Shown piece after piece: positions 13,706 to 25,900 of a DNA stretch of 64,000 nt. How positions within the stretch are numbered: the first letter of the stretch is position 1; each line of letters opens with the position of its first letter. The stretch is from Tubulanus polymorphus (Eukaryota; Animalia; Nemertea): the NCBI RefSeq assembly GCF_964204645.1, contig NC_134026.1, forward strand, positions 30,104,150-30,168,149, written 5' to 3'. The notes below the pieces were generated by a model. The model had not been told where the DNA came from and did not search any database. It worked only from the letters and a program-made list of their open reading frames with translations. A program made the translations under genes and the position numbers.

Positions 13706-16700
13706 TTAATGAGGCCAAACCTCGTGCAATGTTTTGCGACTATTTTCACCTACATGTTTATTGGTTAATTTATTTCGTCTCGATGACGACGACGACGTAT
13801 TGTCCCGTACCGGTTCGTGTAGTGTAGTAGTATCGGTAGTACTATCGGTAGTAGTACCGGTAGTAGTCGTAGTAGAGGATATGGTAGTATCACTAGTCGT
13901 ATTCAGTTCATCATGTAATACTCCAGCGGCGACGTTCACCGATGAAGCCAGGGAATCGGATGACGAATCGCTGTCACTAGAATCGAACGTTAACTTCTCC
14001 GATAACGTTGACAGCAGTAATTCCTGAACGAACAGACTTCGATCGGCGCGTTCTGTGTTAAAACTCTGTTGTTCAGCCTCAGTTAACGGTGGCTCACTCA
14101 ACCTTCAATACATTACAAATATAAGTTATAGATATTAGTTCTTAGTTGAAAACTGAAAATTCAGTTGCTCAAGTGCTATAGTGACAATTGAAATAGCTTG
14201 TCCATCAGTTAACTCTCTCCAAGACCACCTGAGTTTTCGATGCATTAAAATCTTTTTTTGGTTTCCCTAAATCATGGATTCTATCGAGCATGCTATCAAC
14301 CATCGAAGTCACTTCAACCCTTTTCACGGCAATATCTCCTGAAGAATTAACCATTCCTAGGCACCATTGGGTTAAAACTATCACATAGATAAGCCCCCTC
14401 TTTCAGAAATGGTTAACAAAAAGCAATCATTTGTGGAAAGGCCTACTTTGTCTATCGTCCCTTCTTACCTTGCTAATAGAAATTGTGAATTACTGTTGCT
14501 AGAATTCGATGATGATCTATTGTTATTATTAGCTGGTAAATCTATAGTAGCTACTCCACTGGCGCCACCTATAGGCCCGCCTACCGGACCATTATTAGCT
14601 ATATTCGTTCTCACCGCCTCCACTTGTTGTCTTGGTAACCGTTCCAATTGTTGCCTGAAAAATGATGACGAACGTTCGTGAAGATTTCGGCGAATGGAGA
14701 ATTAGGCGAAAAGACGAATTGATTAAGAGAAAAGATAAATAGATTGATAGAGACCTTTCATACCTGGTTGACTGCAGCTGCATCTCGAGTTGTTGTAGCT
14801 GTGACGAGACGCTCTGAGCAGCAGCTGCACGACTCCTCACACTCGACAATTGAGAAAGTAATTCTGAAAATATTCGTAAATAAAACACACTCTAGAATTC
14901 AAATCCCGATATGGTAATAATTGTGATTATTTGCGATCATCAGTAAATTCTCAGTGTTTAATTTTAGGATTTTTTTGAGGAGAAAATACAGTCAAACAAT
15001 CAAGTCTCGTCTGATAAGTCGCCATTTGGAGCGGTGATAAGTCACCATCAGTCGTCAAACTTAATGATCGACACAAATACAATGATTTAAGAGTTTGACT
15101 GCATCAAAATGAGGAAAGCTTTAAATATAGTATTCTGCTAAGATCTTTGTACATCTATCCACATAACATCGTGTAAGTTATATATTAAACATACTGGCGT
15201 GGTTTTATAAATTCAAACGTATCAAATATCTCATACAAGCTGGGGACAATTAATAATTTGGGGTTTTATGCAGTAAACATTGAAAAACAATAATAGTTAA
15301 TTAAAATCAAATCAGATCAAAATTAAACTAACTTCAATTCAATCATGCAAATGAAATTAATCAGTACATATTGAACATCGTGCTGTATAAAGCTGTATTT
15401 AGCGGTAAAACAACTTAGTATGTAAACTATTTACAGCAGGTTAGTATTTAAAATCAACCTAGTAGCAGAGAACAGACACATAGATGATTGGTTTACTAGT
15501 AGAAATATTTCAATTGAGATTATTTTCAAATCATTTTTTCTTTCAATGTGACGTGCAAATAAATCAAATCGTATTGAAACAGATTTGTGTAGGAACAAAG
15601 CTCAAGCTCTCTCCTTTCATTCAATCCTTTGTTTATGATTCCAATAAATCTAATAAATATCGTTTCAATTGATAAACAGGACTCATAGAGTTATCTCCAA
15701 ATATTTGACCCCAGCGCCAAATCTTAACTCCGTTCCACAGTTCTATAAGGTCAATAATTCTCTTAGGTCAATAATTCGCAACTGAGGAACTGGACACAGA
15801 ACTGTGGAACTGCACCCATTATCACAGCGGAAGCTGAGATACTAAAACTTATAAGAGATATCGTAAATGGTACTGTATTGATTTCGTTCCCCTGTGATGT
15901 CGCTTGAGCACTGTACCTGCTATAGGATCCATACTGTCTCGACTACTAGGTGAAAGTCCAGTTAGAGCTGAACTAGCAGATGAGAAATGCATATTTGATC
16001 GTCTAGTCCTCATACCACCAACTCCTCGGCCTGCGTGCGGTATTCTTCTTACATGCCGAATACCAGTAGGTTCATCGTAGCGATCAGTCAAGGCTTTTAA
16101 ATATTTCAAACTAAATCCATTCGACAGTTACCAGTTAAAACATTTGAAATTGACTTATTCAAACTCTAGGAGTCTAAATGAACAGAGAACTGGGATTTAG
16201 ATACTTCAAGCAGGGAACATGTTGCGTTAAAACCTTCGAAGACATAAATTAAATTAGAATATTTGGATGATGAAATAATGAAAAGGATATGAAATCTCTC
16301 TGTGTTCGATGCTCTAATGTCAAATGAGCAGCAAAATCATCAGTGACATGGTTTGGATCACCTCCGGGTAAAGAAGCACAAACTGGACACACCTGAAAAT
16401 ATCATCAACTTAACATATAAAACAGCAGCAAATATTCTAAAACAAAAACTCACTAGTATCAATCATCATTGGATTAAGTCGTCACATAAACTTTTTGTTC
16501 AGTAAGAATTCGGAATTGCAATTCGATTAGGCCTACTACTAAGTGAGAGTTTGACTGTCAAAAACTTAAAACTAAACTTACAACTTCACTAGATGAATCT
16601 GAGTGATCAGAAGTAACATGTTCCTGTAATGTAGCTTCAGTATATCCCATCTTACCGCAGTAAGGACACGTGAATGCTTGCGGCTGGTCCGAAGTCAAAG

Positions 16701-17860
16701 CTTCACCGCCATAATACACATCTAAAAACAAATCACACATTTTAAAATGTTTCAATCATAGGCACTAAACTTATTTACTTTACAGATCAAAATGCACAGA
16801 TATTTTAAGCCATCAATCTGATAAAAAGACATTTAGGGAGTAATTGTCGAATCTATTGCCTTATCTTACTGGAACTCTGAGGATTTAGAGATTCAAATAA
16901 TTGATGATCTGAACACTTTTAAACACAAAAATCTGCTTTTCTGTTAAGGGTATGGACTGTAGAAGCAGTTCAAAGCATCGGTGAACATTTCATAGGTTAA
17001 ATGAAACAAGCGCTATACTATTTAACAGATTATCATTATTATTAATATAATTATTATGGATGAATATTGATTACCGAAGTCAGCTCTAGTGAGGATACAC
17101 TGCATTGCGTGATCGGTCGAATGTCTTGTAGTCGTAGCTCCGGCTTCGTAACAAGACGAGCAAAGATCATAGTCGTAACAAATTAAACATTTATAACGAC
17201 GTCCGCGGAAATTACTCTTCATACACGAGTCACAACTGACACCTACAATTATACAATTCATATCTCACTCTCTGTTTAAATCGCCATCGTCGTTGGGGCG
17301 AATATTTTCTTGACGACTGGATTGGAAATATAAATTAAGAATGAAAAACAGTGATTAATTAGATCAGGATGACGAATTATAAGTGAGTTTGACTGTAACA
17401 CAGATAAAAGGCAGGCAAATAGGCCTAACTGTTTATACATAGCAAAACCAAAAAAGATTTCTTCTTCTTTCTTTACTTCAATGATTATGAAATGAAGTTA
17501 TCCACTTATTCACTAGTGATGCAGGGAGCGTGGAACTCTCAAATCCCTGGCATAAAACCTGAGTGAGGCCTGGAGTAGAAATGATTCATAAAACATCACT
17601 CTCCACCGTCATCACACACAGATTGGGAGGAAATTCAACTCTAGACTTTTCGGACACACATACTATAGAACCAGGTCTTGAGACTCGATTATATCACGTT
17701 ACCCCCCAGATGGTTCAGGAGAGAAGTACTCCCCTACCACCAACAAGTTTCCATTCGCAAGCCAAAAAAAAGTGTGTAGTTTTTTCAAGGGAGCCACCAA
17801 AAATTTTCATGAATATTTTCACAGATGTTTTCGACGTTATTTACCTTCATGACGAGACAT
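13706..17860 (-). CDS. KCMF1: E3 ubiquitin ligase KCMF1 (ZZ zinc finger plus C2H2/Di19-type finger), multi-exon, with one AT-AC intron
   Basis: MSRHEG|VSCDSCMKSNFRGRRYKCLICYDYDLC, FTCPYCGKMGYTE, CPVCASLPGGDPNHVTDDFAAHL, ELLSQLSSVR and RADRSLFVQELLLSTL. Confidence 0.96.
16077..16290 (-). other. U12-type (minor spliceosome) AT-AC intron in KCMF1
   Basis: 5' splice site ATATCCTTTT, branch point CCTTGAC close to the terminal AC; removal gives in-frame ...HRTQRDF|DEPTGIRHVRR. Confidence 0.9.
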
Positions 17861-18303
17861 CCTACACTAAATACTGACTGCAATATAAACACCCGTCTCA
17901 ACAACACTCAAAACAAACATGAATGACGTGCTTCTCAAATACAGCTAGAAATTCATCGTCGAAAACTGAAAAATCATCATCGAAAAACAGGATAACCATT
18001 CATGACGTCACGCAAATTCTCGTCGGCTCTGGAGATCACGTTTTTCATAAATTAATCTACTTAAATTATCAATTAATTGAACAAATTTGTGTTATTTCTT
18101 AATTTAGGTATGATTAAATATTTATTAATTGAAAAATGTAATATTTAGCTATTTAGTGTTTCTAATATTGTCGGTTCGAGTCCTGAATATGGTATTAGCT
18201 AAATTCAGGATCGCGGAATGGTACTACTTAAATACCGGATACCGGCGCGGCATTCACTTCACTTCACTTCACTTGACACTCGCACTGAGTACAGTTGAGA
18301 GAG
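17861..18303. promoter_or_regulatory. Bidirectional promoter between KCMF1(-) and QDPR(+), with a full CRE palindrome
   Basis: Divergent ATGs at 17860 and 18304; TGACGTCA at 18003-18010. Confidence 0.55.
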
Positions 18304-20707
18304 ATGGCCGGTATTGCAGGACGCGTTCTTATTTATGGTGGAAAAGGAGCATTAGGCTCTAAATGTGTCAGTTTCTTCAAATCGAAAAACTATGTAAGTT
18401 TCCAAAGTTTTTTTTAAATATGAAAATCGCTGAAAAATAGTGATTGACACGACCGGTACACTCACTGAATACTATAGAATTTGTTGACCGGTGATCGGGC
18501 TCTGTCCAGACTTGTCTTACTCTTAATAGATTTTAACTTGCAAACCCAAAACCTTTTTATACAAATATGCCTGCACTTGAATTCTAATGATCCATAGAAA
18601 AGACATTTATTGCAGCGGAGGATTGGCAAATAAGAAGAAAACTTTAGGCTAATTAATTAATTTGATGATTTGTGCAAATTCATGCCTATCTAGAACTTTG
18701 TCATTCTATATAAAATTATGAACATTGGAATGTATGAAAATGGTTGTGAAAACTAATGTTTCATTTTGTGAACAGATAAAATCTTCTATATCTAATAAGC
18801 CTGAAAAAAATTTTTCCAGCTCCAGTGTCTGAATGATAAATGTGTCTTGTGCATGTGTGCAGTTGCACCTGTTTATAATGGCTTTTTTGATATGAACATT
18901 ATGATAACGGGTCTGATATTTTAGCAGATCTGTTTTGCTGAAGAATTGAATACATTACTAATATTTCTACATCCAAAAAATTAGTAGAAAACACATTTGT
19001 ACAATGATTTCCTAAAATCAAAAAAATAAACTGGTGTGTCCAATTATTGGTGCAGTTAATCTAAAGAATTTGTAATATTTTACAGTGGGTATTGTCAGTT
19101 GATTTAAATGCAAATGAAGAAGCCAGCGTAAATTGTGTTGTGAAACCCTCAGAATCATGGCAGGATCAAGAGAAAGCCGTCTTAGAAGCTGTTGATAAAG
19201 AATTAACTGGGGAAAAATTAGATGCTATCTTCTGTGTAGCTGGTGGATGGGCCGGTGGAAATGCTGGCAGCAAAGGTGAAACTTGAACATGAAGATTAAC
19301 ACTATTCAATTCTCTATAGAGTCAATAATCATCAAATTAGTATAATTTTCACAGATTTTATAAAAAGCTGTGACATGATGTGGAAACAGAGTGTATGGAC
19401 GTCAACAATTGCAGCAAGTTTAGCAAGTAAACATTTGAAAGAAGGAGGTGTTTTACAGTTGACAGGTGCTCAACCAGCTTTAAAAGGAACTGCTGGTTAG
19501 TAGCTTCAATATATCAAATCGTGTGGATACCAGGCGGGCTCTTTAAATACACTGACTAATAATACTATTATTAAAAAGACGAAGCAAAAAAGTTAATCTG
19601 TTTCACTGGTGTTTTCGATATATCAAATTTAAAGAGATATTTCATAAGAAAAATCATCTGAAAAAATTGAAAATTTTGTTATTGTGGGTTCTTTATTTTA
19701 CATATATAGGCCCTATACATAGACTGCAATTATTTCAGCCTCGATGTTTAGTTAATGGATTATACCTGTTTCTCTAATGAGAATTCATATTCAGTGTAAG
19801 GAACACCTACAGAGTAAATTCATGCATGGCTGCTGTTTGACTTCATGACGGCTTTTCATGTGCCGCGTAATTCAGGAAATAGGGAATTGATTTTAGCGTG
19901 GGCTGCTACAACACACTCCACACAGCATCCATCATTAACGATACCAATCAAAACCATCACAAACCAATGCATAATAATCAGCTGCAGTGTTATAATGTTG
20001 CTGCAATATTTTGTGACCAGGGAGGGTATTGTAGGAGAGAATGGTGCAGATTCTCTATTGAATAGTGCCGATTCTCTATGGAGATGATTTTCTACACATG
20101 TATGTCCCTTCATGCATGAAAAAAGATAATGAACAGCTTTTAATAGGCCTATTTTCTTTCTATCAGACTCATTTATTAATACAGAATTATGATATTATTA
20201 TAGGTATGATTGGTTATGGAATGTCTAAGGCAGCAGTCCACCAATTAGTTCACAGTTTATCTCAATCAAATGGAGGCTTACCTGAAAAATCATTAGTCGC
20301 AGCAATTCTACCGTAAGTATCTCCTACAAACCACATGAATGACTGATAAAGATCTTTAGTGAAATCATATCATTATATCAATGTGCTATGTTGTTTTAGA
20401 GTGACTTTGGATACACCGATGAATCGTAAATGGATGGGAGATGCAGATACATCAACCTGGACTTCATTAGACACTGTTGCAGAGTAAGTTCAACTCTAAC
20501 ACAACCCAGATATTTCGATGATTAAGATAAAGTTTTAAACGTGATTATAATTAATTTTCTTTTCAAACTGTCTTGAGTTCTGCAATATTCTTTAAAATAT
20601 TTTGTAGATTGTTCTACAATTGGATTCAAAATAAAGAACGTCCTGAAAACGGAAGCCTTGTACAACTTCTAACAAAAGATGGAAAGACCAGTTTTGTGCT
20701 GGCATAA
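18304..20707 (+). CDS. QDPR: Dihydropteridine reductase, multi-exon
   Basis: [55 protein letters not shown] and [12 protein letters not shown]. Confidence 0.96.
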
Positions 20708-22936
20708 TTTCAACATCAACAGATCTCAATCAGGCTAACCGATGATAGATTTTATGAGGAATATGGCATGACCAGTGTTTCTACTGTGGATATTTTTCAT
20801 GCGTCATATTTTCATGCATGGAACAATACTGAGATATCACTATCATTACCGTATATACATCTGTCATATTATCTAGGTGTCTTCCAACTATACTGTTTGT
20901 ACTGCCTATCAATCAATAAGCTTCAAAGATAATGTATTAGCTATATATATATAAGGATATATATGTATAAGGAAGAGTCATAAATGTGCAGGATAGGAGT
21001 AGAATTGTAACTGAGTTATCTATTCATGTGCATGGTTTTAATTTAAGTTGCTTGAGTTTTGTTGTTGCTTTTAGGTGTAGGAAATCATTTTAAAATGAAA
21101 ATGACATTTTTTATGTTTATTTAATTTATCACGATCTCATTTGCATGAATCACTAAAAATATTATTCATTGTTTGATCTAGTCTGAACTGATAAATTGAT
21201 TATTTGAGTCTGTCTTGAACTTGTTTATATTCTCATAGAACCATAGATTCCAAATAGAGATTACCTGTGAACCTAGATTCCACGACCACCCGCCCTTATC
21301 AACTGCACTGAATGTTTTGATGAATTTGTTTGATTATTGTAATAGATTATTTTCAATAAATTCTATTTTTGATTTATGTATTGAAGAAGAAAATTGTCTA
21401 GTCGTTCAATGAATTCGGTTTATTTCTCTCCCCCGCCTCCCTCTCGCTCTCTGAGGTAGGAAGTTGGTCTGCAGTTTGAAGTGATTCCATTAAGTGATGA
21501 ATAAGGAGGTCATCCGAGCATCTTCAAACATTTCTAGAGAAATTGCTTTACCATTACATCAAGGATACCTCCTGACAGGCATTATACAACAGTCTATTCA
21601 GTACTCGAATAAACTGGGCCTTGAGCATATGTATGATTGAAAATTCCTGATAAAAACTCTCACAATCAAAAGGTTTAGGAAAAGGACTCAGACTAGTCAC
21701 TGCACCGACCATTGCTTCGTTAATTTAGACCAAACTCTATGAATGTGAAAATGGACCATGGTGATTAGAACAAAAACATAATTCACTTATTTCTATATAT
21801 ATCAAGTATTTTTATTACATAAATTTTCAAAATTTTTTACAAATAAACATGAATTAGTTATACAAGTACATAATACAAAACAGGGTGGGTTAGTTATACG
21901 TACACAACTACACTGTTTTTCATTCGCTTTCGCGTGAATCATGCGCATGATTCAAATACGTACTTTGATTTTGAAAAAGAAAACTCCAATCATCATATTA
22001 CTATGGCACGGTCAATACTAACATTATCTACTAGTAAAGAATACTGTTATAAGACTCAAACAAACAAAGCTTGGTTTATCAGTTTATCATTAAGTACAGA
22101 CAACGAGGAATGTTTGCACTCACTCATGTTATTTAAGTTAAGTCGAACAAAAAACTTGACGATTTAATTATTTCTAGTTTTTCCTCGATATGTTTATTAA
22201 AATACATGACGTCAAATCATTTTGGCACAATATTCCTACGGACAATCATTCATACGTACTGCACGTTTAATATAGCACAATAAATCATTATTATACCGTC
22301 ACAAACTCCATCGGTAAAACGAGTAAAATTGAAGGATTTGATAAGATCGAGTAAAAAGAATCTAATCTAGTCTATTGTAATATCATAAATGTCATAGCAA
22401 TCAATCTAAAACATTTACATTCACACCATAGTGTATTTGAAGATATAAGGTGAAAGATGATTGAGCAAATATATTAATTACTAAATATTTCTCTCAGACA
22501 AAGCATTTTGATAGGAATTGCTGCATGCACACTTGTGCGTACAATAGTGACCACAATGTGTTACATTCTACTGTACTCCTCCTAACATAGAAACCTGTTC
22601 ACACGAAAGCTAGCATATACAATCATACATAATAAGGTGAAGGGAAGGGGTGGTAAATAAGTCTCTTCGATAATACTAAATTTCAAAAACACATGTGCAG
22701 CAAAAATACAACACGAGGTCTTTAATACATAAAACATATGAATAAAAGACAGCAATGATTCACACGTGTGTTCCTGTGTTGACTCACTATATACAAGTGT
22801 TATACATAATACTGTAAGATCGTCGTCAAATTCGCACTGAATTTCAGTGAATAACGACAATTAAAACATTAATTTCAAATAAATAATAGAATTTACAGAA
22901 GCGCGGTATACAATAACTGTACAGTTAGAGTCTGTG

Positions 22937-25900
22937 CTAAATACACGTATCCGGTAATGTCGGTGATGGATGATTTTTCCTTTTTAACTTTTCAGGTTTC
23001 GATTCGTGACTATTTCGTCTGTTATCTGAAATAAGGATAGTAAAGATAGCTAGATGAGATGTTTTAATAGAGTTAAACGAAGGTTTGTGTAAATGCGATG
23101 ATACTTACTGAGTGAAGCTAATGTACTGGCGATGCATATACCACTCTGTCCCGGTGGCGTGAATTCATCGTCATCCCCGGTAGGTAAACGCATCATCACA
23201 GATAATATTGCAGCTCGTTGGGAGACTAATGGTTCAAGTGTTATAGGACTTGAATGATTCACAAACTAGAAATATAAAATATATATTACGCATTATATTA
23301 TCATCACTCTGTGATGGAATAATCCGAGTTCTCCTGACCTCGAGACAATTAGGAGAGATTTTTACGAGTAGAATTAGATTTACCTTTTTCCTTCTCCTTA
23401 TATCTGTGCTACATTGCGAATGTGACAATGGTTGAACGACGTATGTTTTTTCTGATGCAGGCGCCGGAGTTTGAATATTCACAACAGCAAATGGACGGCT
23501 AACCATACGCTCCATCTCAACTATCATACGCTACAATTAAACACAAGCTTATAAATTATTATACACTGCTGCATTGAAGTTAGTTCTTATGAAATGTTTT
23601 TATGCGAATCGATTTACCCTTCTTCTTCTATACATATCATAACGTAATTTGATTTTCCACAGCAACGCTGCTATCATTAATAAAGCTAAAAAACAACTGA
23701 AAATAAACAAAATAGACTAAAATTACATCATCGATTATCGTAAAACATCCTGCAGTCGTTTTCAATTGATTTCTCTATACTGTGTTTTATATTGTAAAGC
23801 ACAGCGATCGTCTTATAGATCTGCGCTATACAAGACAATATATTATTATGATTCTTACCTAAAAAATACGATGAAAAATTGCACGAGATCGATTTCGTTG
23901 TGCTGCGAAAATGAAATCTGTAAAGTAGAATTGACATAAACATAGTAGTAGTGCATACGTACAGGAGACCGATATCCAACAACTTTCTGTTCAAATACAT
24001 TTTACATCTCAACTTCTTTACTACATGAATCTAATGTAAGTTCGATGAAATAACTTCAATCTGTTGCACCAGACATTCATTTCAATTGACAAATATTTCA
24101 TATTTATGTTCGATAGATATATGAATACACAACGTACCTTAACCCAGAACGGCGTTTGGAAGTTATAAATATAAACGAAAAACGTCACGTTCGCGTTTGA
24201 TCCGAATGCAAATTGTTTGTGAGAGAACTTCGCTTCGTAGGGCCTCAGAGGACATTTCACATCAGTAATTAACAGTCTTTCGCGCTCATTTTCTGTAAGA
24301 TTTAAAGGATAAATTAGTTTTCAAGATTAAATCAGTCTAAATTGTGTTGATCATGCAAAACCCAAAATCGGAAGAAAAACTAATGGATTGGGATAATGCT
24401 TCTGCCATCTGTTCAGAATACTTATTTGAATGTTCAGGTATAAAATGTTAACTTTACATTCAAATAAATGGGCAGTTCAAGTATTCTACACAAACTATGG
24501 TTGAAATACGTGCTATTTTTCTTCTGAATTTGCGTTTCGCTTCATGAAGTTACATATTGAAAAGTAAATAATGTGGATAAAAACTCTATATTTTCACATA
24601 ATACTTACTCGTTTTCATAGTTATGTTCAATGAAGCTTCTTTTGAACAAAAAGCTTGAAACGTCACATCCAACCCGGACTAAAATAAACACATTTAACAC
24701 CGTGAAAATCGCCGATATCAATAAACATATCGTTGAGTTGATAGAACTTACTTCAGGTATATTCATGAAATTGATGTGTGTGTAGTAAGCATCGCTTTTT
24801 CGTTCCGTCAGTGGAAACGTAAACTGATAGTCAGTTTTCAGATTATAATAGCAAGAGCCCTCGGGAGCAAAGCCGAAATAATCTTTCTTCTCATCACATC
24901 TAAAACAATTCAAAAATAATTGAAGATATTTTATGAAGGAGGTTTAGAGAGAAATAGAAGAGAGGGAAGGAGAGAGAGCTAGGAGAGAGAGATTGAGGGA
25001 GAGCAGATGAGAGAAATACTGTGTTTTGTTGAGCTAAAACGAGAGAGAGACACTGACCTGTCACATTTATCACCAATAACACCTCGAGTATGACAATGAC
25101 ATTTACCAGTTACCCTATCGCAGAAATCTGCCTGACCATTACAACTACAAGCTACAAATACAAAACATTTTTATTGAATATAATCTATGAACATTAATGG
25201 CAATTCTCCAACTTGGTTCAGATATATAATTACCTGTACAATTACCACCATTTGTAGCCTGACCATAGTAACCTTCTTTACAATACTGACATTGATCACC
25301 TGTAATTGATTGAAAAGTTTTCAATACCTGTCGTTGATGAATCAATATTAACAGATCGGTGAGTAAATACCTTCGGTAAGATCCTGACAAGCTTTACAGA
25401 TATTTGTACCAGGATAACAAACACTGTGACCATTGCATTGACAATCTGTAGAACATAACATGAATACAATAATGCTTGAAGAGAATGTTTTCAGATAGAA
25501 GAGAGACAGAGGGAGAGGGAGAGGGAGAGGGAGAGGGAGAGGGAGAGGGAGAGGGAGAGGGAGAGGGAGAGGGAGAGGGAGAGGGAGAGGGAGAGGGAGA
25601 GGGAGAGGGAGAGGGAGAGGGAGAGGGAGAGGGGAGGGGAGGGGGAGGGGAGGGGGAGGGGGAGGGGGAGGGGGAGAGGGGGAGAGGGAGAGGGAGAGGG
25701 AGAGGGAGAGGGAGAGGGAGAGGGAGAGGGAGAGGGAGAGGGAGAGGGAGAGGGAGAGGGAGAGGGAGAGGGAGAGGGAGAGGGAGAGGGAGAGGGAGAG
25801 GGAGAGGGAGAGGGAGAGGGAGAGGGAGAGGGGGAGGGAGAGAAAGAGGAGAGGGAGAGGGAGAGGGAGAGGGAGAGGGGGAGGGAGAGCGAGAGGGAGA

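Noticed and set aside
21452-21476. let-7 miRNA gene on the plus strand
   Set aside because: The seed matches, but there is no adjacent star arm or hairpin; it is better explained as a target site on the minus strand.
21503-21516. TAAGGAGGTCATCC resembling the complement of the bacterial 16S 3' end
   Set aside because: Only ~14 nt with a mismatch and no further rRNA similarity; likely chance.
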